Below are positions 28,402 through 38,387 of a stretch of 54,852 nt of DNA, piece by piece. The notes under the pieces were generated by a model that was not told the origin of the DNA, ran no database searches, and worked only from the letters and a program-made list of their open reading frames with translations. The position numbers and the translations under genes were made by a program. Each line of letters starts with the position of its first letter. Position 1 is the first letter of the stretch. Source of the DNA: Nitrospirota bacterium (GTDB lineage Bacteria; Nitrospirota; Thermodesulfovibrionia; Thermodesulfovibrionales; JdFR-85); NCBI GenBank assembly GCA_013152485.1, contig JAADGG010000081.1:20621-75472 (forward strand), in the 5' to 3' direction.

Positions 28402-30390
28402 ATGAATACTAAAAAGAGACTATCCACGACATTCATACGCAAGGTCCTCGTGGTACTGCTTATCGGACAGTCCTTCATCTGGTACTGGTCCTTCTCCAGA
28501 CACAATATCACCATTGACACCGATCTGGAGAAGAGGATGCAGACGGCGTCGGCCATCATCGGAAGCGTTGCAGCCGCCGTGGATACCGCACAGGGACACA
28601 GATACCTCGAACGAGTGATGGACGGGGCCCTGAGTGATGAAAACATCGTATACATAGAGGTCAGCAGGGAGAGCGACGTCGTGATCAGGAGGTCTACGTC
28701 TCAGGACGACCCGGCGCTGCGCATCGTCAAGACCCCCATAGTAAAAGGGGATTCCGAGATCGGCACTGTGCTGCTGAAATACAAATCCGGGAAGACCGAT
28801 ACGGCCTTCATACTCACAAACCTGACGCTCCAGGGCATCGTCTTCACCGTGCTGACGCTGCTGATATACCTCTTCTTCCAGGGGCACATCGGGACTCAGA
28901 TAGCGAAGTTGAGCACGAATATCGAGAAGGTCACCCTCGGTGACCTGACCCAGAAGGTCGAGATCTCCGAGGACAACGAGATAGGAGTCATCGCAAAGGG
29001 TCTCAACTTCCTGATCGAGCGGCTCCTGATCACCGTGAAGAAACTGAAAAGCGTGGCTGGAAACGTCTCTGCAGCGATAAGCCAGCTCAACCTGACTTTC
29101 AAGAACGTAATCAACGGCATAAGTCACCAGCAGCGGTCCATCGAGGAGATATCGAGGGCAGTGAAGACCGCCTCGGGCGCACAGCTCCAGACGATTACGA
29201 ATACCGAGAAGCTCCTCTCACTGTCGAACGACAATGTATCCGCCCTCCTTGAGATGAGGGCGGCCTCTGAGGAGATAGCGGCCAACATAAGCAGTCTCAA
29301 CAGGAACATCAGCGCTTCATACTCCACGCTGGCGGGCCTTACACGGTCGGCTCAGGAAGTGGCCTCCATGGCGGACAATGCCACGTCGGCGGTCCAGCAG
29401 GCCTCGACCTCCATTGAAGAGATCAACGCCTCGGTCAAGGAAGTGGAAAAGACCATAAAAGAGTCCGCGGAACTGAGCCATCAGACTACGAACATCATTG
29501 CGGAGAAAGGAATGCTCTCGGTTGTGGATGCCATCGAGGGGATGGAGAGGATCGAAGACTCCGTGAACTCTCTCTCCGAGGCGATCAAGAGACTCGGCAG
29601 GAGATCGAGGGACATAGAGAAGATCCTATCCGTCATCAAGGATGTTACGGAGCAGACGGGCATGCTCAGCCTGAACGCACAGATACTCGCTGTACAGGCG
29701 GGAGAGCACGGAAAGAGTTTCTCCGTGGTGGCGGATGAAATGCGGAGCCTGTCGGAGAAGACCGCGGTGTCCACGCACGACATCGCAATCATAGTCTCCA
29801 CCCTCCAGAAGGAGATACGAGAGGCCATGGAGAGTACGATGGAGACCGTCAGGATGGTTGAAGAGGGGAATCATATAGTCCTCAAGACCGGCGATACCCT
29901 GAGGGAGATACTGCACGCCTCCCAGAAGTCCACAAGCATGGCTGAAAGCATCGAACGGGCGGTCGTGCAGCAGGCAAAGGGCCTGGAACTCATAGTCAAC
30001 GCCATAGAGCACATAAAGGGCATGATCATCGATGTAAACAGGACGACCGAGGAACAGGAGCAGGGCACGGCGTCACTGCTTGAGAGCATAAGCTCGATCA
30101 AGGAATCCATGGAGGCCGCAAGGAACGCCACGGACGAGCAGGCGGAGAGCACGAGGTTCATTACGGATAACATCGAGCTCGCAAACGAGAAGACGGCCGA
30201 GATAGCAAGGGCCTCGGCCGAGCAGCAGGAGGTCAACAAGAGGATAATAGAGGCGATGGAAGAGGTCATGGTTATAGGGAAGGAGACGGCGAGAAACGTC
30301 AAGGAGGTCTCCCTCTTCATCTCGTCGCTGCACAACGAAGTTGAAGTATTGAGAAAGGAAGTCGAGCTCTTCAGGACGAGCACTGCATGA
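28402..30390 (+). CDS. Methyl-accepting chemoreceptor (~64H) with small periplasmic domain
   Basis: Two TMs, HAMP (NEIG) and tip NAQILAVQAGEHGKSFSVVADE; ~222 aa from the tip to the C-terminal FR. Confidence 0.92.
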   Translation: MNTKKRLSTTFIRKVLVVLLIGQSFIWYWSFSRHNITIDTDLEKRMQTASAIIGSVAAAVDTAQGHRYLERVMDGALSDENIVYIEVSRESDVVIRRSTSQDDPALRIVKTPIVKGDSEIGTVLLKYKSGKTDTAFILTNLTLQGIVFTVLTLLIYLFFQGHIGTQIAKLSTNIEKVTLGDLTQKVEISEDNEIGVIAKGLNFLIERLLITVKKLKSVAGNVSAAISQLNLTFKNVINGISHQQRSIEEISRAVKTASGAQLQTITNTEKLLSLSNDNVSALLEMRAASEEIAANISSLNRNISASYSTLAGLTRSAQEVASMADNATSAVQQASTSIEEINASVKEVEKTIKESAELSHQTTNIIAEKGMLSVVDAIEGMERIEDSVNSLSEAIKRLGRRSRDIEKILSVIKDVTEQTGMLSLNAQILAVQAGEHGKSFSVVADEMRSLSEKTAVSTHDIAIIVSTLQKEIREAMESTMETVRMVEEGNHIVLKTGDTLREILHASQKSTSMAESIERAVVQQAKGLELIVNAIEHIKGMIIDVNRTTEEQEQGTASLLESISSIKESMEAARNATDEQAESTRFITDNIELANEKTAEIARASAEQQEVNKRIIEAMEEVMVIGKETARNVKEVSLFISSLHNEVEVLRKEVELFRTSTA

Positions 30391-30914
30391 AATACGCCAT
30401 CTTCGAGATCGCCGGCGAGAGTTTCGGCATAGGAATCGACCGGGTCGTCGAAATACTGAAGTATCAGGACCTTCACAGGATTCCGGAACTCCCGGATTTC
30501 GTCTCCGGCGTGATAAACGTAAGGGGGGAAGTCGTTCCCGTCATAGACATGAGGTTGAGGTTCGGAATAGCCGAAGAAGCCCGGCGGCACAGGATCATTC
30601 TCGTCAGGATGGAAGGCGACAAGGTCGGTCTGGTTGTGGATGACGTGACGGACATAGTGGAGATACCGGAGGACGGCATATCGAGTCCCCCGAAGCTGTT
30701 CAAAGGATTCAGGGCGGAGTTCATGAAAGGACTGTGTCAAGGGCGCTCCGACAGCGGTACAGGGCCTGCCGGCAACGGCAAGGTGATAATAATACTGGAT
30801 ATGGAACGGATCCTGACAAGCAGCGAAAAGATCATGTTGAGCACTTCGAGGAAGAAACTGATTACTCACGGGAGGAGACGTGTCAGCAGAAGAGTCCAGG
30901 AAGGCCAGGAATAA
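30387..30914 (+). CDS. cheW: CheW adaptor
   Basis: FGIGIDRVVEI, IPELPDFVSGVINVRGEVVPVIDMR and VGLVVDDV. Confidence 0.93.
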   Translation: MKYAIFEIAGESFGIGIDRVVEILKYQDLHRIPELPDFVSGVINVRGEVVPVIDMRLRFGIAEEARRHRIILVRMEGDKVGLVVDDVTDIVEIPEDGISSPPKLFKGFRAEFMKGLCQGRSDSGTGPAGNGKVIIILDMERILTSSEKIMLSTSRKKLITHGRRRVSRRVQEGQE

Positions 30915-32856
30915 AGACATCGAGCTGAAGCGGCGGAAGATACTCGCTTCAAAGGGCGTACCCGAAGCCCTGGGCTACGTCATGGATTCCTTCAAAGACG
31001 ACAGCTGGCGTGTGAGAAAGACCGCCCTCGATGTCCTGATCGAGGGGTTCAGTCCGGACGCCTACGTCAAAGACCTGATCGGACTGCTCCATGTCGAGGA
31101 CAATGCGGGTGCACGCAATACCGCCATAGAGGCCCTCGTCAGACTCGGGAAAAAAGCGGTTCCCGATCTCACCGCCGCCTTTGAGACCGACAATCCAGGC
31201 GTGAGAAAATTCATAATCGATGTCCTGGGTGTCATAGGCGGGAAAGAGGTCGTCCCATTGTTCCTGAAGGCCATAAGGGATGAGGACGACAACGTCAGGG
31301 CCTCGGCCGTAGAGTATCTCGGAAGGCTCAAGGAGCCGTCAGTGATAGACTCTCTGGTGGAGATCATCGAGACCGGAAAGCTCTGGACGGCCTATCCCGC
31401 GGTGAACGCCCTGGGAAAGATCGGCGACACAAGGGCCTTGCCCCACCTGTTGAAGGCACTCCGGAACAGTCTTCTTACAGAGCCGGCCCTCAAGGCACTG
31501 TCAGAGTTTTCAGTCCCGGAGACGCTGAAGGAGATAATACCCCTGCTCCGAAGCCGGAGACGATCCACCGTAGAGGAGACGATCAAGACCATCGAGAGGT
31601 TCTATCAGGCCGGTGTGCCCGAGGAATTCATATCCAAACAACTGCACGAGATACTCGGAGACGATGCCTGTGAAATATTCGAGAGGCACATAAGCCACAA
31701 AAACAAGGAAGTGAAGGGCTCTGCAATCCTCCTTCTCGGTCTCCTGTGCGATCACCGGGCATTGGGACCGCTTCTCGAGCTCTCCGAAGACGAATCCTCC
31801 ATGGATGCGGTCAAGCGTTCGATGGTCTTCATAGGCCGGCGGAACCCCCACTACCTCATTCCGCTGACAAGGACGGGGGCCCCCGAAAGGCGGAGGCTGA
31901 TAGTCGAGGTCATGTCCGAGCTCGAAGACCCTCTCTTCCGTGACACACTCATGGTCTTGCTCAAGGACGACGACGGGCATGTGAAAGCGCATGCTGCAAG
32001 GGGACTGGGCAGGATAGGGGACAGGAGGGCCGCAGAAGAGATATTTCATCTCCTTTCACATCCATATCCCGACGTACAGGACGCTGCCGTAGCGGCACTG
32101 ACCGAGTTGAGCGCATTCCTCGACGTCTCCGAACTGATCGACAAGCTCAAGTCTCCCGATGTGCTCTTGAGGAAAAACACAGCCCTGATTCTGGGTAATA
32201 TCAGGGCCGTCGAGTCTCTCGAAAAACTCGGTTTTGCACTCAAGGATGAAGCAGAAGAGGTACGGAAGGCCGCGGTTGTCTCGATATCCATGATCGGAAC
32301 CGAAAATGCCGCCAGGTACCTCCATACGGCTCTCACTGATGAATCCGCCGAGATACGTGCCATAGCCACGGAAAGCCTCTCGCTCTGTGACGACGGTCCC
32401 GAGGTCCTGAGCTCCGTCATAATAATGACGAGAGATCCCGACGAGGGGGTCAGGGCATCGGCAGCCAAGGCACTTTCCAGATACCATAACGAGTCGTCTC
32501 TCAGAACACTGCTGGGATTGTTGAGAGACGGCAACGGCTTTGTCGTGACTCAGGCCATGGAGTCGCTGAGCCTCTTCAGCCACAGCACGGAGGCCCGGGA
32601 GGCACTGGTCAGGTTGAGCCTTTCGGATGACAGCGAGATCCGCAGGACGGCAATCCTGTCACTGTCATCGTTTCATGACGTGGAAGACCTGCTGGAAACC
32701 CATCTCTCCAGCAGCGACTGGGCAACGAGGCTTGCCGCCGTGCAGGCACTGTCACGGATAGGTTCCCGAAAATCGCGGGCAGGGCTGGAGGGGATCTACG
32801 ACGTCGAGACCGACCCTACTGTCAGGAGGGCCATCGAGGTGGCTTTAGGTGTTTGA
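30880..32856 (+). CDS. HEAT-repeat (PBS-lyase-like) protein
   Basis: Many repeats of the type L.D....VR..A..ALG.IG over 658 aa; GTG start after GGAGGAG. Confidence 0.88.
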   Translation: MSAEESRKARNKDIELKRRKILASKGVPEALGYVMDSFKDDSWRVRKTALDVLIEGFSPDAYVKDLIGLLHVEDNAGARNTAIEALVRLGKKAVPDLTAAFETDNPGVRKFIIDVLGVIGGKEVVPLFLKAIRDEDDNVRASAVEYLGRLKEPSVIDSLVEIIETGKLWTAYPAVNALGKIGDTRALPHLLKALRNSLLTEPALKALSEFSVPETLKEIIPLLRSRRRSTVEETIKTIERFYQAGVPEEFISKQLHEILGDDACEIFERHISHKNKEVKGSAILLLGLLCDHRALGPLLELSEDESSMDAVKRSMVFIGRRNPHYLIPLTRTGAPERRRLIVEVMSELEDPLFRDTLMVLLKDDDGHVKAHAARGLGRIGDRRAAEEIFHLLSHPYPDVQDAAVAALTELSAFLDVSELIDKLKSPDVLLRKNTALILGNIRAVESLEKLGFALKDEAEEVRKAAVVSISMIGTENAARYLHTALTDESAEIRAIATESLSLCDDGPEVLSSVIIMTRDPDEGVRASAAKALSRYHNESSLRTLLGLLRDGNGFVVTQAMESLSLFSHSTEAREALVRLSLSDDSEIRRTAILSLSSFHDVEDLLETHLSSSDWATRLAAVQALSRIGSRKSRAGLEGIYDVETDPTVRRAIEVALGV

Positions 32857-33733
32857 CAGGAGAGAGAACACCGTCCTCTCCGAGGATGTATTCAGGCTCC
32901 TCAGGGAGCTGATACGGGACTACTGCGGCATATACTTCGATGACAACTCGAGGTACCTTCTCGAAAAACGCCTGTCGGCGAGACTCAGGGCGAACAACAT
33001 AAGCAACTTCCGTGACTACTACAGGTACCTCCTCTATGACGGAAACCGCGAAAACGAACTCGCCGAGATAATGGACGTGCTCACGGTGAACGAGACCTAC
33101 TTCTTCAGGGAGAAGAACCAGCTCCTCTCTTTCAGCGAGGAGATACTTCCCGAACTGAGGAGGAAAAACAGGCATACGGGAAAGCTGAGGATATGGTCGG
33201 CAGGTTGTTCAACAGGTGAAGAGCCGTATACCATAGGCATACTGATACTCGAAAGCAACCTGTTCAACGGATGGGACGTCGAGATCATAGGAAGCGACAT
33301 CAACAGAAGGGTGCTACAGACCGCAAGAAGGGGGGTTTACAGGCAGAACTCCTTCAGGTGCATTGACAGTTACTACCTGGACAAGTACTTCGAACCCCTT
33401 GAGGACGGCTCCTTCAGAATAACGGACAAGGTGAAAAGACTCCTCAGTTTCGGATATCTCAACCTGCTCGACCCTGTAAAGATGCGTTTCATGGGAAAGA
33501 CCGACGTGGTCTTCTGCAGAAACGCACTGATATATTTCGACATGCAATCACGAAGGAAGGTGGTTGACGGTTTTTACAACGTATTGGCCGAAGGGGGATA
33601 CCTGCTCCTGGGACACGCGGAGTCGCTGATAAACATGTCGACCGCCTTTGCACTCAAGCACCTAAAGCGAGACCTCGTATACCAGAAACCCGAAACGTCG
33701 TCACAGGGGGCCGTACAATGCCGGAAAGGATAA
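32849..33733 (+). CDS. cheR: Chemoreceptor methyltransferase CheR
   Basis: TVNETYFFRE, IWSAGCSTGEEPY, FCRNALIYF and GGYLLLGHAES. Confidence 0.97.
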   Translation: MFDRRENTVLSEDVFRLLRELIRDYCGIYFDDNSRYLLEKRLSARLRANNISNFRDYYRYLLYDGNRENELAEIMDVLTVNETYFFREKNQLLSFSEEILPELRRKNRHTGKLRIWSAGCSTGEEPYTIGILILESNLFNGWDVEIIGSDINRRVLQTARRGVYRQNSFRCIDSYYLDKYFEPLEDGSFRITDKVKRLLSFGYLNLLDPVKMRFMGKTDVVFCRNALIYFDMQSRRKVVDGFYNVLAEGGYLLLGHAESLINMSTAFALKHLKRDLVYQKPETSSQGAVQCRKG

Positions 33734-34776
33734 AGGTCCTGGTTGTCGATGACTCCGCCTTCAGCAGGCAGACGATCAAGAACATGCTGCTGAAGGCTCC
33801 GGTGGTCGATGTGGTGGGGGTCGCCGTGGACGGGATCGACGCAATAAGAAAGACCCTCCGTTACAGGCCGGACATAATAACTCTCGACGTCGAGATGCCG
33901 AAGATGGACGGGTTCAGCTTCCTGCGGTGGCTTATGAGGGAACGTCCAACGCCCGTAATAATGGTCAGCTCACACTCGGACAGCAAGACCGTGTTCAAGG
34001 CACTGGAGCTGGGAGCCGTCGATTTCATCGCCAAGCCGACCAAACGGGCTTCCTTCGAGCTTCAGAAGATCGAGAACGACCTGCTGTCAAAGGTCCGCAA
34101 CATAGATGCCTCCTCTCTGCACAGGCTCAGCAGGAACCTCAGATCCGTATCCGCGATGAGAGAGGCGGAGAGGCTTCCGGCGCCGCCAGGAAAACATCCG
34201 GACGGGATTGTGGCCATAGGCGCCTCCACGGGCGGTCCCCAGGCGCTTCAGCTGATTCTGACGGCGATACCCGGAAACTTTCCCGTGCCGATCGTGATAA
34301 GCCAGCACATGCCGAGGGGGTTCACGGCCTCGTTCTCGGAGAGGCTTAACAGGCTTGCTGAAATACGGGTCAAGGAGGCCGAAGACGATGAGCCTATCGA
34401 GCCCGGAGAGGCGCTGATATGTCCGGGCGGTCACCATCTGCAGTTCAGAAAGAGGGGGGAGCGGGTCTTTACCAGGATCAGGGACGCAGATGAAAACGAC
34501 CGCTACGTGCCCTCTATAGACCTCATGATGGAATCCGCAGCTGAAATATTCAACGGGATGACCCTCGGCATCGTACTGACCGGAATGGGGAATGACGGGG
34601 CAAAGGGGATGCTGGAAATTTTCAGGCAAGGCGGTTATACTATTACCGAGTCTGAAGAAACGGCCGTTGTTTTCGGCATGCCCCACGAGGTCATTAAAGC
34701 AGGAGCAGCACGAAAGGTCCTGCCGCTCAAGGCGGTTCCCTCTGAACTTATACACGTAGTGATGCGGGAACAGTAG
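33718..34776 (+). CDS. cheB: Chemoreceptor methylesterase CheB
   Basis: Receiver domain (VDDS, LDVEMP) plus the GASTGG, QHMP and GMGNDG catalytic triad. Confidence 0.97.
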   Translation: MPERIKVLVVDDSAFSRQTIKNMLLKAPVVDVVGVAVDGIDAIRKTLRYRPDIITLDVEMPKMDGFSFLRWLMRERPTPVIMVSSHSDSKTVFKALELGAVDFIAKPTKRASFELQKIENDLLSKVRNIDASSLHRLSRNLRSVSAMREAERLPAPPGKHPDGIVAIGASTGGPQALQLILTAIPGNFPVPIVISQHMPRGFTASFSERLNRLAEIRVKEAEDDEPIEPGEALICPGGHHLQFRKRGERVFTRIRDADENDRYVPSIDLMMESAAEIFNGMTLGIVLTGMGNDGAKGMLEIFRQGGYTITESEETAVVFGMPHEVIKAGAARKVLPLKAVPSELIHVVMREQ

Positions 34777-34819
34777 CACCGCCGTTCGAGGCACGAGACG
34801 AAAACCGAGCCGGAGACAA

Positions 34820-35641
34820 ATGGACAAGAAACGCGGGATACTGAAAAAAGCCGATGAGTTCCTGCAGATTTTCAAGCAGGGAGAGGAGTTCACCAGGAAC
34901 CTCCTGAGCGAGAACGAACGTCTCCGGTTCCGGATCGCGGAGCTGGAGGAAGCCCGTACGCAGGACCTGAATGCGGCAAAGATACGCCATTATGAAGAAC
35001 ACATACGCATGCTGAAAGACGAGCTGGAGTCCCTGAAGGAACGATTCAAGAGGGTCGAGACCGAGAACAGGAACTTCGAGCAGAAGTACCTGCTCGTCGC
35101 CGAGGAAAACAACAACCTCGCAAACCTATATGTCGCAAGCTACCAGCTGCACTCCACACTCGATTACGAAGAGGTCATAAAGATAGTCGTGGAGATCATC
35201 ATCAACCTTATAGGGGCGGAAAGGTTCGCCGTCATGCTGATGGATGAAAGGCTCGAAAAGCTGGTACCGATAGCCTCAGAGGGCATAAGCACAGCCGCGA
35301 TAGCAGGGGTGTTCCCTGAAGACGGTATCATAGGGACGGTACTGAAGGAGGGTGAGAGTTATTTTTCGGAAGAACCTCTACAGGAAGGCTCGGATGATCC
35401 CGCAAGTCCTTCGGTATGCATACCCCTGAAGATCAAGGAGCATGTGATCGGTGTGATTGCAATCTACTCGTTTCTCGTCCAGAAGAGGAGCTTTTCCAAT
35501 GTCGATTACGAGCTCTTCAATCTCCTGGCAGGCCATGCAGCCACCGCCATATTTTCATCAAGGCTCTACACACGCTCTGAGAGGGAGTTCAGAACCATCC
35601 AGAACTTCCTGGAACTTCTGAAGGGAAAATCCAAGCAATGA
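34820..35641 (+). CDS. Coiled-coil plus GAF domain protein without output domain
   Basis: ~95-aa heptad-rich N-terminus, then LHSTLD..EV…GIIGTV…CIPLKI..HVIGVI…LLAGHAATAI (GAF). Confidence 0.8.
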   Translation: MDKKRGILKKADEFLQIFKQGEEFTRNLLSENERLRFRIAELEEARTQDLNAAKIRHYEEHIRMLKDELESLKERFKRVETENRNFEQKYLLVAEENNNLANLYVASYQLHSTLDYEEVIKIVVEIIINLIGAERFAVMLMDERLEKLVPIASEGISTAAIAGVFPEDGIIGTVLKEGESYFSEEPLQEGSDDPASPSVCIPLKIKEHVIGVIAIYSFLVQKRSFSNVDYELFNLLAGHAATAIFSSRLYTRSEREFRTIQNFLELLKGKSKQ

Positions 35642-35651
35642 AGGAGGGATC

Positions 35652-36023
35652 ATGCCAACCATCCTGGTAGTCGAGGATTCACCCACGATGAGACAGCTCA
35701 TAAGCTTCGCAATGCGCCGGATCCCTGGATCGAGGGTTATCGAGGCCACCGACGGTGTCGATGCCCTGAAGAAGCTCTCATCGGAGAAGGCTGACATCAT
35801 CCTTGCCGATATAAACATGCCCGTAATGGACGGGCTGAAGCTGGTGAGTCTGGTAAGGGGCAATTCGGCATACAAGGACATCCCCATAATCATAATCACC
35901 ACGGAAGGAGCTGAGGAAGACAGAAAAAAGGCGATGGCCATGGGAGCCGACGCCTACCTGCCGAAACCGATACAGACCCAGGAGCTCATCAGGCTCGTAA
36001 CACAGCAGCTCAGCAAGCGGTAG
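35652..36023 (+). CDS. cheY: CheY-like single-domain response regulator
   Basis: VEDS, ADINMPVMDG, TT and PKP; SD AAGGAGG. Confidence 0.92.
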   Translation: MPTILVVEDSPTMRQLISFAMRRIPGSRVIEATDGVDALKKLSSEKADIILADINMPVMDGLKLVSLVRGNSAYKDIPIIIITTEGAEEDRKKAMAMGADAYLPKPIQTQELIRLVTQQLSKR

Positions 36024-37050
36024 TCTCGACCGTATCGGCGTAACGTCCCCTCAACTGACCGCATGCAGCCAGTATATCCCTCCCCTTGCTCTTTCTGACA
36101 ACGGCTGTAATGCCGCGTGCCTGCAGCAGATCCCTGAAGGCCGCAACAACCCTCTCGGGGGGTCTTCCGAGTTCGATTTCCTTGATGGGATTGAACGGAA
36201 TCAGGTTGACCTTAGAGGGGATCCCCCTCAGGAGGCCCGCCAACCTATCGGCATCGTCGGCTGAGTCGTTGAGTCCATCAAACAGGACATACTCGAAGGT
36301 TATTCTCCTGCGAGGCTCAAGCGGATAGCGCCTGCATGCATCGAGGAGCCTCCCGATGGGATAACGCCTGTTGACCGGCATCAGAGAGGTTCTCAGGTCA
36401 TCCGTTGTGGCATTCAGCGAGACGGCGAGGTTCACGGCCGGGCTCGAGGCCGACAGTCTCTCGATTCCCGGCACCACACCGGACGTGGAGACCGTGATAC
36501 GCCTCTTGGATATCTTCAACAGGGAGTTCATCCTCCTGAGCGCTTCGGTGACACTGTCGAGATTGTTCAAGGGCTCGCCCATTCCCATGAAGACGACATT
36601 CGTCACGACGCGCGGTTCGATCAGTCGCTGTACCGCTATCACCTGGTCCACTATCTCATAGGCGCTCAGGTCCCTGACGAAGCCGGTCCTGCCAGTGAGA
36701 CAGAACCTGCAGCTCATCGTGCAGCCGACCTGTGAAGAGACACAGATGGTCGTCCTGCCACCGTCGGGTATCAACACTGTCTCTATGGTCTCGCCGTCGT
36801 CGAGACCGAAGAGGTATTTCTCCGTACCATCAACAGAGATGCTGCGGTCGAGGAGCTTCAGGTTGCCTATGTAGGCCGTCTTGGAGAGCATCTCCCTGAG
36901 GGGCTTCGACAGGACCGTAATGTCATGTATACGGATGGCCCTCTTTTCGTATATCCAGTGAAGGAGTTGTTTCGTCCTGAACGGCGGAAGACCGAAGGAG
37001 AGCAGAAACGCGTTGAGTTCATCCTCTGAAAGCGCCTTGAGATTCACCAT
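36010..37050 (-). CDS. rlmN: 23S rRNA m2A2503/tRNA m2A37 radical-SAM methyltransferase
   Basis: SSQVGCTMSCRFC (CxxxCxxC), MGMGEPL and AACGQL. Confidence 0.96.
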   Translation of the reverse strand: MVNLKALSEDELNAFLLSFGLPPFRTKQLLHWIYEKRAIRIHDITVLSKPLREMLSKTAYIGNLKLLDRSISVDGTEKYLFGLDDGETIETVLIPDGGRTTICVSSQVGCTMSCRFCLTGRTGFVRDLSAYEIVDQVIAVQRLIEPRVVTNVVFMGMGEPLNNLDSVTEALRRMNSLLKISKRRITVSTSGVVPGIERLSASSPAVNLAVSLNATTDDLRTSLMPVNRRYPIGRLLDACRRYPLEPRRRITFEYVLFDGLNDSADDADRLAGLLRGIPSKVNLIPFNPIKEIELGRPPERVVAAFRDLLQARGITAVVRKSKGRDILAACGQLRGRYADTVETTAC

Positions 37051-37077
37051 GGTCGCCGCTCAACCGTCACTCGACTC

Positions 37078-38337
37078 CTACGTCCCCATCTCCCAGCTGT
37101 GGAGGTAACGGTTCTGTTCCCGGGTAAGCTTATCTATAACCACACCCATCGACTTCAGTTTCAGCGATGCAATCTTCCTGTCTATCTCCTCGGGGACGCC
37201 GTAGACCCGGTTCTGAAGCTTCCCGCGGTTTTTCACCACGTACTGCGCGCACAGGGCTTGATTGGCAAAACTCATGTCCATCACGGCAGAGGGGTGACCT
37301 TCGGCGGCGGCAAGGTTGATGAGCCTTCCCTCCCCAAGGACGTATATGCGCCTGCCGTTCTTCAGGGTGAACTCCTGGACGAACTCCCTCGTCGTCCGTG
37401 ACGACACTGCAAGGGACTTCAACCCCTCGATGTCTATCTCGACATTGAAGTGCCCCGAGTTGCACACGATCGCACCGTCCTTCATAACCTTGAAGCAGTC
37501 CTTTGATATCACGTTTATGTCCCCGGTAACCGTGACGAATATGTCACCTATGCGTGAGGCCTCCTTTATGGTCATCACCTCGTAGCCGTCCATGATGGCC
37601 TCGAGCGCCTTGAGCGGGTCAACCTCGGTCACTACGACCCTTGCGCCCATCCCCCTGGCCCTCATCGCAACACCCCTTCCGCACCAGCCGTATCCGCTGA
37701 CAACGAATATCGATCCTGATATCAGCCTGTTGGTGGAGCGAAGGATTCCGTCTATAGTGCTCTGTCCCGTACCATAGCGGTTGTCGAACAGGTATTTCGT
37801 ATAGGCGTCGTTGACCGCAATGATGGGATACTTAAGGACGCCCTTTTCAGCCATCGCCCTCAGCCTGATGACACCCGTGGTCGTCTCTTCCGTTCCCCCG
37901 ATGAGGTTGGCCGTCTTGTCTTTCTCTGACGTATGCAGCGTGGATACGAGGTCGGCCCCGTCGTCCATGGTTATATGGGGCTTGATCGACAATACGGAGC
38001 GTATATGGCTGTAATACCTGCGGTTGTCTTCACCCTTCACTGCAAAGACCGGGATCTTGGAATACTTCACGAGTGCTGCGGCGACGTCGTCCTGGGTACT
38101 GAGCGGGTTCGATGCACACAGGACGACCTTGGCACCGCCGGCCTTGAGTGTATCCATCAGGGTTGCCGTCTCCGTCGTAACATGAAGGCATGCGGCTATC
38201 GATATGCCCTTGAGCGGTTTCTCGTCGTTGAACTGCTCCCTGATCTTCCTGAGCACGGGCATCTCCATCTCCGCCCATTCGATTCTCAATCTGCCCTGCT
38301 TTGCAAGCTTCAAGTCCTTCACATCGTGCTTAAGCAT
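37078..38337 (-). CDS. ahcY: S-adenosylhomocysteine hydrolase
   Basis: [40 protein letters not shown] and [11 protein letters not shown]. Confidence 0.98.
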   Translation of the reverse strand: MLKHDVKDLKLAKQGRLRIEWAEMEMPVLRKIREQFNDEKPLKGISIAACLHVTTETATLMDTLKAGGAKVVLCASNPLSTQDDVAAALVKYSKIPVFAVKGEDNRRYYSHIRSVLSIKPHITMDDGADLVSTLHTSEKDKTANLIGGTEETTTGVIRLRAMAEKGVLKYPIIAVNDAYTKYLFDNRYGTGQSTIDGILRSTNRLISGSIFVVSGYGWCGRGVAMRARGMGARVVVTEVDPLKALEAIMDGYEVMTIKEASRIGDIFVTVTGDINVISKDCFKVMKDGAIVCNSGHFNVEIDIEGLKSLAVSSRTTREFVQEFTLKNGRRIYVLGEGRLINLAAAEGHPSAVMDMSFANQALCAQYVVKNRGKLQNRVYGVPEEIDRKIASLKLKSMGVVIDKLTREQNRYLHSWEMGT

Positions 38338-38387
38338 CTCTCTCTCCCTTCTTAAACACAGTTTACTGCCAGTGCCGCCGTTGCGTC

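Noticed and set aside
26200-30350. Repetitive-looking DNA in the two MCP genes
   Set aside because: It reflects heptad coiled-coil coding (S/A/E/I-rich), not a CRISPR array or DNA tandem repeat.
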